In this document: positions 1-12,175 of the stretch, piece by piece
Layout of the letters: each line of letters begins with the position of its first letter
Position numbering within the stretch: position 1 is the first letter of the stretch
Source of the DNA: Amoebidium appalachense
Lineage: Eukaryota > Protista > Ichthyosporea
Assembly: GCA_963693365.1 (NCBI GenBank)
Contig: CAVNZM010000003.1
Coordinates: forward strand, 8,662,046 to 8,726,045
DNA length: 64,000 bases
Reading direction: 5' to 3'
The notes under the pieces: model-generated
What the model was told of the DNA's origin: nothing
The model's input: only the letters and a program-made list of their open reading frames with translations
Database searches by the model: none
Translations under genes and position numbers: made by a program

Positions 1-381
1 GTTATTCAACTGCAAGAACAAACGTACATACATAAATCAGGGTATGCCACTTCTGCAGGGTCTCTCCAGGAGGCCCACGGTAATTGACCCATTCGCCTCT
101 TCCAGAAGATCTGTGTGTCTGTCTGTCTGTGTGTGTGTGTCTGTGTGCGCATCGTGGGGGAGCTAGGTTAGATCGCGGAATGTGGTACAAAGCTCAACTA
201 CACGATGAACAACACGGTGCAGGACACATGCAAACAAAACGGTGCAGGACACATGCCAGGCAAACATTCAAGTATGCAACGTCAGCAACGCGCACAGTAT
301 GCAACATAAGCAGAGCCAATCCTTAGGGGAGGGGGGAGGGGGGGGGGGGGGAAGGGGGGACCATGTGTGTGTGGGTCATGT

Positions 382-417
<36 letters not shown>

Positions 418-524
418 AGGAGAGGGGGTAAGGGGTTATACTAAGGGAGAAAGTTGACACAACACGAAGGGGGAGTGTGGGTATTTGTATGCATGTGTTT
501 GTCATATAATTGTTAGCCGTAGGC

Positions 525-593
<69 letters not shown>

Positions 594-709
594 CGCTCGT
601 GGGTGTGGTGCACGTCGTTGTGCCCGCGTGCACACCCCGCATGCACGCACGCTCTCTCCCTTCTCACTCCCCCGCTGTCACTCTCTTCTTGTGTGTGTGT
701 GCGTGTGCG

Positions 710-740
<31 letters not shown>

Positions 741-1564
741 TTGGGGGGGGGGGGGGGTTAAATGAGTGATCTCTAAATCGCCATGAGAAGAATAACGGTA
801 GGGACAAATGCGGGTGGGGCAAGTGGACAGCAGAGCACGGTTGCATAGGCAAGGTTGAAAATCACAGCAGATGGCAGTTAAATGAAAGCAGGTGGGAAAG
901 AGGTGGATGTCGATGGGCAAAGGAGTGAGAGGAAAGTGAAAGCGAGAGAGACACGAGCGTGTTGGTGTGTGGCCGCAGAGGCAGTGGTGGAGCAGAGGTG
1001 TGTATGAGGGAAGGGGGAGAGGCAGAGGGATGTATGCATTAGAAGGTTGGAAATAAGGAGTTGACACCAAAAGGCAAAATTCAAAATGTCACAAAAATGA
1101 AAACTCCAAAATTAAACCATTATTCAAAAATGGGGACAAACAAGAAGCGTGCAGGCAGAAGACTCTTGAACAGAGTCCATCATCAGGGGGGCTCCTATGT
1201 CTATACAAAAGAATGGGTTTCGCTCTTAAACCTCCCGCGTGTGGTTCCCAGCCCATGCTGCGTTTCAACACCCACAGGCGAGTCCACCCGTCTTGTCCAA
1301 AGTCAAGCATGGTTGTTCAAGGAGCAGCAATCTAAGAACACAAAGCCCACATTAACTGCAAGCAGATAACAATAAAGAAAGCCCAGAGAAGTAGAGCGTA
1401 CATCGGGCTTCTACAAAGCCCCCAAATCCCTAACCTATAGAGAGGAGGGCATGGGGAGCAGGGGAGGGGGGAGGATGTGTTCATTGGGGGGCTGGGAAAG
1501 AGGACGAAGAGGCATCAACAGACAAAAGCAAAGGCCATACCCCCCCCCCCCCCCCCCTCCCCCC

Positions 1565-1595
<31 letters not shown>

Positions 1596-2038
1596 AAAAA
1601 ACGGGAAAGGCAAGAGTGAGGGAGGGGGGTGAGGGTAGGATGTAAAAAAGTTGGGAAAGTCGAGGAAGAGGCATCAAGGGACAAACAAGGACCAGTCCCA
1701 AGGGCAAAATTAAAAAATGGGGAAAGGAAAGAGTGAGGGAGGGGAGGGGAGGGAAGGGGGAGGGCTGAATGTGTGTGTGGGGGGGGGAGATGAGAGGGGA
1801 GCGATGGACAGAGATAGAAAAAAAGGGAAAACTTAAACCGGCCACTATGGTTTATCAGAGGGTTACCCCTGGCAGGAGGGGTCGATTCAAGATTAAATAA
1901 AAAACAAAATAAAAAGAACCGGCCGGGCCAAGAAATAGGTGAGCAGCCACCGGAAAAGGAATTGTGTATGAGAGGGTTGGGAGGATGACACGCCGATGCG
2001 GGGGTGGGGGTTGGATGGTTGGATGGGTGGACGTGTGT

Positions 2039-2069
<31 letters not shown>

Positions 2070-2077
2070 GGGGGGGT

Positions 2078-2291
2078 TTTGAATGCGTCAAAAAGTACGA
2101 AGTACACAAGAACAAACGGATAACACGATGCAGAATGCAAGCCATACATAAAGAGTATGCATAATAAGCAGAGCCCATCCTCAGGGGGGGCCACCTCATC
2201 CACAGTACCCGAGTTTCGACCTATTCACCTCGTTAACGAAACCCGACTCAGATACTGTTTCACTTGAACATGGGTAGGTCACCCGTCTTGA
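2078..2291 (+). repeat. Dispersed ~230-bp repeat, diverged inverted copy of the unit at 13430-13900
   Basis: Blocks ataagcagagcccatcctcaggg, gagtttcgacc, actcaga and cccgtcttga match the reverse complement of 13430-13670. A partial copy lies at ~225-330 (caaacattcaagtatgcaac). Confidence 0.75.
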
Positions 2292-2480
2292 GGGGGGAGA
2301 GGGGAGCGAGAGACTGGGTTGGGGGAAAGGCGGGGAGGGGGAGGGGGGGGGGGGGGGGGGGGGGTGGGAGAGGTCATCTACCAGCTATGGCCTCGCTGTG
2401 GTGTCCTGGTACGACCTTTCGACTCGATCTTCCCCTGCTGGCGCTGCTGTGTGTATCGCGCTTGTTCTGTGCTTGTGAAT

Positions 2481-2550
<70 letters not shown>

Positions 2551-3090
2551 GTGTGTGCACATGTGTGTGTGTGTTGTGTGTGTGTGTGTGCACAAAAGAG
2601 AGACAGTCAGACAGACAGACAGACAGAGATACACACACAGAGCGAGAGAGAGAGGGAGAGAGGAGAGCGAGAGAGAGACGGGGGGTTTGGCATCTGCAGT
2701 TGGGGAGGGGGGGGGAGGGGGGGGGGGGGGGGGGGGGGTTGGATGGGTAGACGTGTGTATGTGTGTGTGTGTGTGTGTGTGTAGTGCATGTGTGTGTGCA
2801 CAAAAGAGAGACAGTCAGACAGACAGACAGAGAGAGACACACACACAGAGAGAGAGGGGGGGAGAGAGGAGAGAGAGGAGAAAGAGAGAGAGAGAAGGGA
2901 GGTACGGCGTCTGCTTTGGAAGGGGGCGAAGGGGGGGGGGGGGGGGGGGGGGTGGGGGGGGAGGATTGGATGGGTAGATGTGTGTGTGTGTGTGTGTGTG
3001 CGTGGTTGGGTGCATGTGTGTCTGCACGGGCGCACAGAGAGAGAGGGGGGGGGGGGGGGGGGGAGAGGGAGAGGGAGGGAAAGAGAGAAC

Positions 3091-3139
<49 letters not shown>

Positions 3140-3519
3140 ATGTGTATGCCCCTGCGCGTGTATGTGCGGACACGTGTCCACACACGTGTGAGTGCAGGTG
3201 CAACATCAGCGATTCGGCACTTTTAAATTATCTCACAAAGCCCTTTTTTCAACCGCCCAATCACGTCCCACATACTCAGCCACTGCATACAAATTCTTTA
3301 ACGGCTCACCACCCCCCCCCCCCCCCCCCCTGCCCCCATTCTTTCCAGCCACCAGATGCAACACAAAACAAACACAAAATTCTGAATAGTGAATCTTCCC
3401 AGCAAATTTCAATCTGATGTCATCTACACACAATACATACAATGACACCCATCAACTCAAGCCACCCAAGCCACCCACACACACATTCCCATAGGGGTCC
3501 ATCCACCCTCCCTACCCAC

Positions 3520-3814
3520 CTCTCCGAATCTCTTGTCGTAGTGGGGCACACTCAGAAGATCCCTTGTGGGGATCTTATGAAGGGACTGCTGACCAGATTG
3601 ACTCGGCAGTCAACACAACTGAGGTGGTCCTGTGTGTGGAAGGCAAAGGGTTTGGTGGTGGTAGTTGGGGAGGGGGGGAGAAGAGGCGGAGGGGAAAGGA
3701 GGGATGGGAGAGGGGGAAGGCCGGGGAGGAAGAGGACGGGGGAGGGGGAGATGATGGCATGCGAGCCGGTTTTTGTTGTGTGTAAGTGTGTGTGTGTGTG
3801 TGGGAGGGGGGAGG

Positions 3815-3856
<42 letters not shown>

Positions 3857-4242
3857 AGGAAGGGGAGGGGGAGGCGGGGCGGGCAGGCAGGCGGCGGCAG
3901 GGGGAGGGGGAGGGGGGGGAGGGGGGGGGGGGGGGGAAGGAAGGGGAGGGGGAGGCGGGGCGGGCAGGCAGGCGGCGGCAGGGAGAGGGGGAGGGGGGGA
4001 GGGGGGGGGGGGGGGGGGAAGGGGATATGAGTCAGAAGAAGGGGGAAAGTGGTCTTACCACGCCCCTCAATGAGTAATCCCTACCTGAAGAAGAGTGTCT
4101 TGAAAAGGAACAAGTGTTGCATGCATACGTGTGCACGTGGTGAGGTACGGGCAAGTGTGTGCATGTGTGCCTGTGTGCCTCAGTGTGCTTGTGCGTGTGT
4201 GTGAATGTGCAAGCGTGTGTGTATGGTTATGTGTATGTGTAT

Positions 4243-4315
<73 letters not shown>

Positions 4316-4483
4316 GGGTGGAGGGAGGGGGCCGGGGGGGGGGGGGGGGGGGGGAGGGGGAGGGGGGAGGGGGGAGAGGAGGGGGGGGATGTTGTGCATA
4401 CCTATGGTAGTGGTTCCCTTGTGATACGACATATTGCTCCCACCCCATTTTGATGGGTTGGTAGCATCCGTGACACTGCTTGC
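3520..4483 (-). pseudogene. LIM zinc-finger domain in two exons with two frameshift lesions (pseudogene or assembly errors)
   Basis: Exon 4483-4402 (cag|...|gtatg) gives [26 protein letters not shown]. Exon 3629-3520 (cag|...|gtggg) gives DHLSCVDCRVNLVSSPFIRSPQGIF/CVPHYDKRFGE. Joined, they fit the LIM consensus C-x2-C-x19-H-x2-H-x2-C-x2-C-x17-C-x2-H, but need +1 nt at the junction and -2 nt near 3552. Confidence 0.7.
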
Positions 4484-4489
4484 CTGCAC

Positions 4490-4604
<115 letters not shown>

Positions 4605-4897
4605 CGCGTGCGCAGGCGTGCATGAATATGTGCGACAGAGTTGTACGCAGTTGCGAGTGCGCAAGTCAAAGGATGGTGATGGTTAAAGGGAGAGGGAGCG
4701 GGGGAAACGGGGAATGGGCCGGGGGGGGGGGGTTGATATCAACATCAGCAAAGAAACGAAACTATGAAAAACCCCAAAGTTAATCCAACCGGTACACATA
4801 AAGAACCAGAGGAACCATAAAGAATCGTGGTTGTCATCAGTGTTGGGGAAGGCTTTTGGGTTTGGGGACGTTACGGGGGATAGAGGTGGCTAATGGG

Positions 4898-4932
<35 letters not shown>

Positions 4933-5184
4933 GCTAACCATAATTGGTTGTCCTAATTGTCGAATATGAAAGCATGATGTAAAAACACATTCCCCTCCCC
5001 TCCCCCCACCCCCCCCACCCACTCATCGCCCTCTCCACACCCATTTACACATGCCTTTCTTTAAAAAAAATGATACCTGTGCATCTGTTTGTGTGTGTTT
5101 GTGTTTCTGTATCCCTTGGTTTTAGAGTTTCTGTTTGGTGTACATGGTGGTGGGGATGGCGTTGTGTATATGTGTATATGTGTA

Positions 5185-5345
<161 letters not shown>

Positions 5346-5387
5346 ATGCATGTGCGTGTGTTTATGCGTGTGCGTGCACGAGCACGC

Positions 5388-5817
5388 GAAATATCACGAA
5401 TGACACATGCCGAAATTCCATTCCAGAGCGAGGGCAGCGCCGCTGCGGTCCATGGCGGTTGTGCTGCTGACTCGAACAAATGCGAGCGCTCGGGGGGGGG
5501 GGGGGGGGAGGGAGGGAGAGAGGGAGGGAGGGAGGGGAGGGAGGGAGGGAGGGGAGGGAGGGAGGGAGGGAGGGAGGGAGGGAGGGAGGGAGGGAGGGAG
5601 GGAGGGAGGGAGGGGGGAGGGAGGGAGGGGGGAGGGAGGGGTTCCTTCCCCTCCCCTCCCTCCCTCCCTCCCTCCCTCCCTCCCTCCCTCTCTCCCTCCC
5701 TCCCCCCCCCCCCGAGCGCTCGCATTTGTTCGAGTCAGCAGCACAACCGCCATGGACCGCAGCGGCGCTGCCCTCGCTCTGGAATGGAATTTCGGCATGT
5801 GTCATTCGTGATATTTC
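5388..5817. repeat. 430-bp foldback (long inverted repeat)
   Basis: 5388-5491 is the exact reverse complement of ~5714-5817. The inner (GGGA)n tract faces a (TCCC)n tract. No TSD seen. Confidence 0.95.
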
Positions 5818-6204
5818 ATTACTTTGATTGGGTGAAGTAATGAGCAATCCTGATTCGCTGACGGACCGTGTTGCCGGCGCAGTCCATATGAGCACAGAAG
5901 ACTCTCTGCGCGCACACACACGACGGGCAGTTCAGAGAGATGGCTTCAATAAGTAATCATTCTTTATAAACACCATTTTAGGTGCATTGCCTTTTTTAGA
6001 TAAGCGACGTCTTCACCTGTGATACACTGACTCTTCCTAGGTCCAGCTGGTCTTGTGTGTGTTACAGTTATCAACTCCCATTTTAGGGAAATATGCCATA
6101 CTGTGATATGGTAACTATTGTCGCCGCCCACACACACACAAACGTCCTGAATCACCCGGACTCGCGTGTGACTTTCGCCAATATTTTATGTCCCAAAAAA
6201 CCGC

Positions 6205-6594
<390 letters not shown>

Positions 6595-6600
6595 GTTTTT

Positions 6601-6631
<31 letters not shown>

Positions 6632-8133
6632 GGGGAGGGATGGGATGGCACTCAGCGCTCTCTTCGCCATTCAGTCACCAATCAGCAATCAGTACCGCAC
6701 AAAATATAAGAATGTTGCAAACCCTGTTGAACTCTTTAGGCAGATAGAAACTTCAACTGCATGAAGAGGGAGAACGGACGCTTTATCATCAGACCTGAAC
6801 AAAGATAAAGATAAGACTTTTTTTGAATAAGATACAATGTTATAGATATCTGGCGCTTTAAGGTTTTTCTTGAAGTTGTTTCGACTCTGAAGTATACCAT
6901 TCGATCAGTGAGTAATCAAGGTTTCGAATTACGAAGCCCGTAATGGGGCTGGTGAGCAGGAATGCGGTGCAAACAATCTGGTGGACCGGGTGCTGCCTAA
7001 CCCAATCAACACCCTTCATAAAGCTATCGCAGGGGGAAGAAACCCTTGTGTGTACACATCGTGACTGGAGCAAACTTCCGTGTGATAACAGTACTGGATA
7101 GCAGGCAAGAAAGGGTTTGGCCAAAGAAAATTCTTCTCTTTTAAAAAGCCAGTTATTTTTGTATATCCACACTTTATGGGTCTCTTTCTGTTTTTGAACT
7201 AAGAGACATGAACACCGGGGTGTTTCAAACCGTGTTTGCTTCAACTGTGGCAAGTTGCAGAGACGGAACTCATGATCCAGGGGATCTTATCAGTAAATGT
7301 GATGGGTCATTTTTTTGCACTTGTGTTATCACTTTTGCCATAAGAGTGTCTCGGAGGGGAAAAGGCAACCAATGTATCAGTCAATTCGTTCCATTTAGTT
7401 AGAGGCAATCATTTCACACGGTCTACGGTATTGTATCAGTCTTCAGGTTCAATTTACTATGTTGTGAAACGGTGCGCACGTGCACGAGTACGTGGCTGGC
7501 GTTAAGGGTGATTGTGGCACGTGGGATGGCCTGTAGTGTCTTCCTATGAACTCTGCAACCGCCAGGTAAAACATAATGCAGGGTCATCAACAAACAAAAA
7601 AACAGTTTCCACACAACCAGTGAGTGGCACACCCACGTGACTGTTCGCACGTGGCGTGACTGTTCGCACTTATAACGGCCATTATCTGAACGCGCATTCC
7701 CTTCCGCTCCGTTCACATTCACAAAATGCCGACATGTCAGTGATAGCAGGTACCGGTGAGAAAGTACGAACAAGGACTCCTATTGATCCTAAATCACGCA
7801 TTGATAAATCCACAACAACATGTTGGGAAACCCTGACCCATTCTCCATCTTCGTTGAACCCATTCGAGTCGTTGTGCCTGTTGGTGTGATGGTGTCTGTA
7901 CTTGCAATTGCGTGTGTGCTGATAACAGAAGAGGGAGAGCAGCATGCTGTAAGACAACGCGCCTTTTAGAATGGATAGACGATAGAGGAGGCGTGGGCTT
8001 TTAGGCATGAACACGGCAGTCTTCAACTGAGCAGAGCAGCAAGAGATAGGATACTTGTTTATTTAACTTGAAAAAATAGCCCACGGTAGGAGCATATTGA
8101 TTAGGGTCTTTTCGTAGTTGTGCCCAACAAAGA

Positions 8134-9267
8134 ATGAGAACACCACAGTACGGGGGCCAGATGCCTCTAGGGGGCTCTGCAGCTGTCAGCCCTATATCCC
8201 CCTGGAAGTCCAAGAGCAAGGATAGAGTGCTTGAGAGCTCGTCTATGCCAGACATTAGCTACGGATCATCGGGGTTCTTGCAGGCAACAAGCAGGTTTAC
8301 AAACACACACAATAGCGTTGAGCAGCACCCAGCCAGCACCGACAGCATCGGGGAGCAAATTACTCCGACCTCATTATCTTCCCCTCTGTCCGTTCGCCAT
8401 ATGGGCCGACGAAGTCTCGGTAGCCTCTCTTTGGAGGACTTCGCGAGAAAGCTACCCGGGTTTTCTGGAAAGCGCAGTCCACTTACTCGCTCGCATTCTC
8501 AAGGGAACAGCGCAAGCAGCAGCAGGCTGATTAGCACGAAAAGTTCCTCTACCAGCAAGCTTCTCGGCTCGTTTCGTCGTTTCTCTCTGGGTGGTCTTTC
8601 CTTGGATCCGTTTGGCTGTGAAGAGACGGCCTCGGCACGCCAGTGTGCTTCCAAGCATCTGGAAGCCACCACGAGGCTTTTGAACCAAGCAGAGACCAAC
8701 ATCACCGCGTTTCTGGACAAGTACGAAGCACACATAGCCGCCATGGATGAGGACATACACGGTTGGGCCAAGCGCGCTACAAAGCACTGCGAGCACGAGA
8801 GTTGCATCCAGAAATCCCTCAACGCGTGCTGGAAGCGGCTTGAGAAGGCGTTTGCGTTTCTGGAAAAGTTCTCCGATGCTAGCAAAGCAGCGGTGCGGAA
8901 ACAATACTCACGAGCGTGGGCTATTGCCTCAGAACCGGAATTCTGTCCATGCAACGAGATTGCGGAGGGGTTATATAAATCGTCAGATGTCGCGGCGCAC
9001 AAGGCGAAAATTCGCTTGGCAATTTCAGACCGAGTGTCTGACGCTTGCACCAAGAACATATGCACGGTAAACGAGGCGATCAAAAATGGCCACAAAATGC
9101 TCCTTGCTTTGCACAAAATGCTCAGCAATCTCCAGTCGAAACAGCACCAACCAAAGACAACATGGGGCCTGGGAGGGTCCAATTCAGGGAACTTGCTACG
9201 TGGGCGGGGATTCTCACGAAAGTTTCCGAAGCACAATCACAAACGATGCAAAGGCACTGCTCTCTGA
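8134..9267 (+). CDS. Hypothetical intronless protein (Ser-rich N-terminus, helical C-terminal half); may extend to 9539 across a frameshift
   Basis: 377-aa ATG-initiated ORF in a repeat-free island. No family recognised. The overlapping frame 9045-9539 reads like a continuation. Confidence 0.65.
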   Translation: MRTPQYGGQMPLGGSAAVSPISPWKSKSKDRVLESSSMPDISYGSSGFLQATSRFTNTHNSVEQHPASTDSIGEQITPTSLSSPLSVRHMGRRSLGSLSLEDFARKLPGFSGKRSPLTRSHSQGNSASSSRLISTKSSSTSKLLGSFRRFSLGGLSLDPFGCEETASARQCASKHLEATTRLLNQAETNITAFLDKYEAHIAAMDEDIHGWAKRATKHCEHESCIQKSLNACWKRLEKAFAFLEKFSDASKAAVRKQYSRAWAIASEPEFCPCNEIAEGLYKSSDVAAHKAKIRLAISDRVSDACTKNICTVNEAIKNGHKMLLALHKMLSNLQSKQHQPKTTWGLGGSNSGNLLRGRGFSRKFPKHNHKRCKGTAL

Positions 9268-10726
9268 AGGAGTCTGTTCCACCTTATGAGTGGACGTATG
9301 CTATCCCCACTGCTGATGATTTGCTGTGTCCCCTTTTCCTCGCTGTGTTGTGTGTTCAAGACGAATCCATGAGCATGTCCCATTCGAATAGTAGTGATGG
9401 GCAGGATGGGGTGTTGTTTGTGGGCCCCAGCTCTCTAACCACTTGTATTGAGAGCATATCTGAGAGAGATGCGAGTGAACATGACAGTATTAACTACGAA
9501 CACCTTGCGTTTCCTTCAAAGGTGAACGTAGAAGCATGAAGGTGTGTATGTAAATATAACGAGATGTAGTGTTTTATCTGAATGTACATATTGCTAACTT
9601 TAGCGTGTGATACCGAACGTAAGTATGGTTGGTTCGATAACGATGCTTTGCTTGACGTATGTTTAACGGTAATGGTGCATAGTTTGAATTCGAAGTGGCC
9701 AGTTTTGTGTATGTAAATACTTCTTAGCCAAGTATACTTCCTATTCTTTTTGGCATAACAGCATGTATGCAGTCCTACTAATGACTATTATCAAGACCAG
9801 ATAGAAGTGCCCAGTGGGCTAACTCACGGTGGAAGTAAACAGAATGTTTGATACTATGGAAATTCAAAAAGCGCGAGGTTCGTGTAACCCACTTATTGGC
9901 GTTTTGCCCTTAGTCCACATCGCCTGGTCCGGCTCTCGATAGGACCTTCGTATACAATCGTGAGGGCAGGAATGTGTTGCTAACTGGGGGAGAGTGGCGG
10001 AACGCGAGGTTTGTGGGTGTGTGGGTAGGGGGGGGGGGGGAGGGGGGGGGGATTGGGGGAGGGAGTGCTGTTTATGATCAACATGCATGTGTGCTGTGAT
10101 GAGGTGCAGCCACTAACACAGGCTGCGAAAGCCAATTGTGCTTCCATCCAACTAGGTACAAGCGTAGATAACGATGTAACAAGATAGTGATCTTTATACC
10201 TCATGCGTTGATGTTGCACTAGTTAGCTTCTGTGCTTTTGTGTTGGTTGTAACGACGGGTTTGTGTTTGTGTGTGTACCTTTTTTTTTTCATCATTTGTT
10301 AGCGCTAAGAGCCCACGGGAAGAACGGTGGGGGGTAGGGGGGGGGGGGGGGGGGGGGGGGGGGCAAGTGCACATCACTGAGGGTGCACATTCACATAAAA
10401 CTTAGATACCTTTCGAAGCCCGGACGTATGTGCATGTGTGCGAGTGGGCTTGGCGAGAAACACATCCGTGCGCCCAGCGCACACACTGGGTTCGATTTTA
10501 ACATAATCACACTCGTATCTATATTAGTAGATTTTTGAAGAGCTCCTGCAAGCTGCACCCTCTATCTGACCCTTTAGCTACCACACTATAGTGAATACCC
10601 CGTTGAAGCTGGAGAAAAAAAGGATTGGCAAGTGGCAGCAGCCGAGAAAGGGAGGGCTAGAGGTTCGCTGTATGGGGTGTGGGGGTGGTGGTGTGAATAT
10701 GGGTGGGTTTCAGGTTTGGGCATGCG

Positions 10727-10759
<33 letters not shown>

Positions 10760-12175
10760 AGTTGGAAGAGGCGGCGGGAGGGTGGAGGGCGGGGATCCGA
10801 GCAGGGGGAGAAGAGGTTGGGGGGGGGGGGGAGGGATGGGGGGAGGGGGGTCCTAAGGGGAAGGACGGGCTCAGGGGAAGCAACTTAGGTGAGGGAAGAG
10901 ATGGCTACAGCACAGTCGGTTTTGTATGAACTATTGCAGCGCAGGAGTCGATGAGGTGGGCTAGTACACCATTGCGTGGGTGATGGCAGACAGAACTCTA
11001 GCGAGGACCCCTTGAGAAGTTGGGCCGGTCATTTGCCAGAAACTCGGATCCGGACCGAGAGCATGAGGTGGGGGGAGGGCTGAGGGGGGGGGGGAGGGGG
11101 GGGGGGAGGGGGGTCAACAGCCTGGAGCCCTTGAGGTGGGGGGGGGGGGGAAGGGGGGGAGGGGAGGGGGGGAGTGGAGGGATTCAAGCAAATGAAGTTT
11201 GTAAAAAACACGCAAATTAAAGCTGCTAGAGTAACATGCCGGGCCTCTGGAAGTTGTACTGTACTGCTTGTGCACTTGAAGGCCTTCAGGCAAGCCGCGG
11301 CGCCGTCGATGGCGATAAAAAAAGACTCTAAGCTTGGCTAATCAAAACGGGCATATTAAGTTAGTTAATATTAACAATAGGATTTGTGCGTGATATTACG
11401 TTTTAAAAAAACAGATTGGCGCGGAACAAAAACGTGGCCGCCACACACAGCCATCAGCAGTCGTAGTTCAGTCTGCTCGTTGATCCCCTCCCTGTTAACG
11501 TGAGTGTGCAGTTTTTTTCCTTGTTTCTTTCGGTTGGCACATTTCAAACTTCATGATACAAAAAACGGCAGCTGTAGGGGAATTCATAGGTTTACTTTGA
11601 ACCCTTGTTACTAGGGCTCGGATGTTACTTTGAATTCCGACAAGAAGCCACCTGTTGGGGAGTGAATTGTCAACTGAGAGTGTGGAGGATTTGTCTTTTC
11701 CTTTCTGGATTTCTTCGCTTTCATCTTTATTCGACACCCAATATTTGTTCTTCTTTCTTACTTTTACTTAGCCAGCTAGCGTTGTTTTACTTCACTGGTT
11801 GTTTTGCCGGTGCATTGTTCAGTCGTTTGGCACAGTGGCGAGTGAGTGAGCTTTTACAAAACGTGAACTGCTTTTCAACGAAGTGTTTCCGAGCATTTAG
11901 ATAAACCGCTTCGGCTAAATAGCTTCATAATATGGCCGTTATGGACGGAAGGGGGAAGGAGGTTTGGGAGGGGGGTTGGAGGGAGGGGAGGAGAGCATGG
12001 AGCATCGGGTCGGGGGAAGAAGTTTTTTTTTGGTGGTGGTGGGCCCGAGGGAGAGGGAACGAAAGGTGGGGGGGGAAAGAGGGGGGGGGGAGGGGGGGGG
12101 GGGGGGGGGGGGCATGGGGGGATGGTGCTGTAACGTCGAATTCTACCCTGCAGTCCAACCGGTTAGACCGTCATC

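Noticed and set aside
6858-7253. 131-aa minus-strand ORF in unique sequence
   Set aside because: Short, with no motif or other support.
9860-10545. Possible minus-strand spliced gene (exon-like segments near 10409-10520, 10200-10218 and 9864-9945)
   Set aside because: Splice-like borders are present, but the phases did not join consistently and no motif was recognised.
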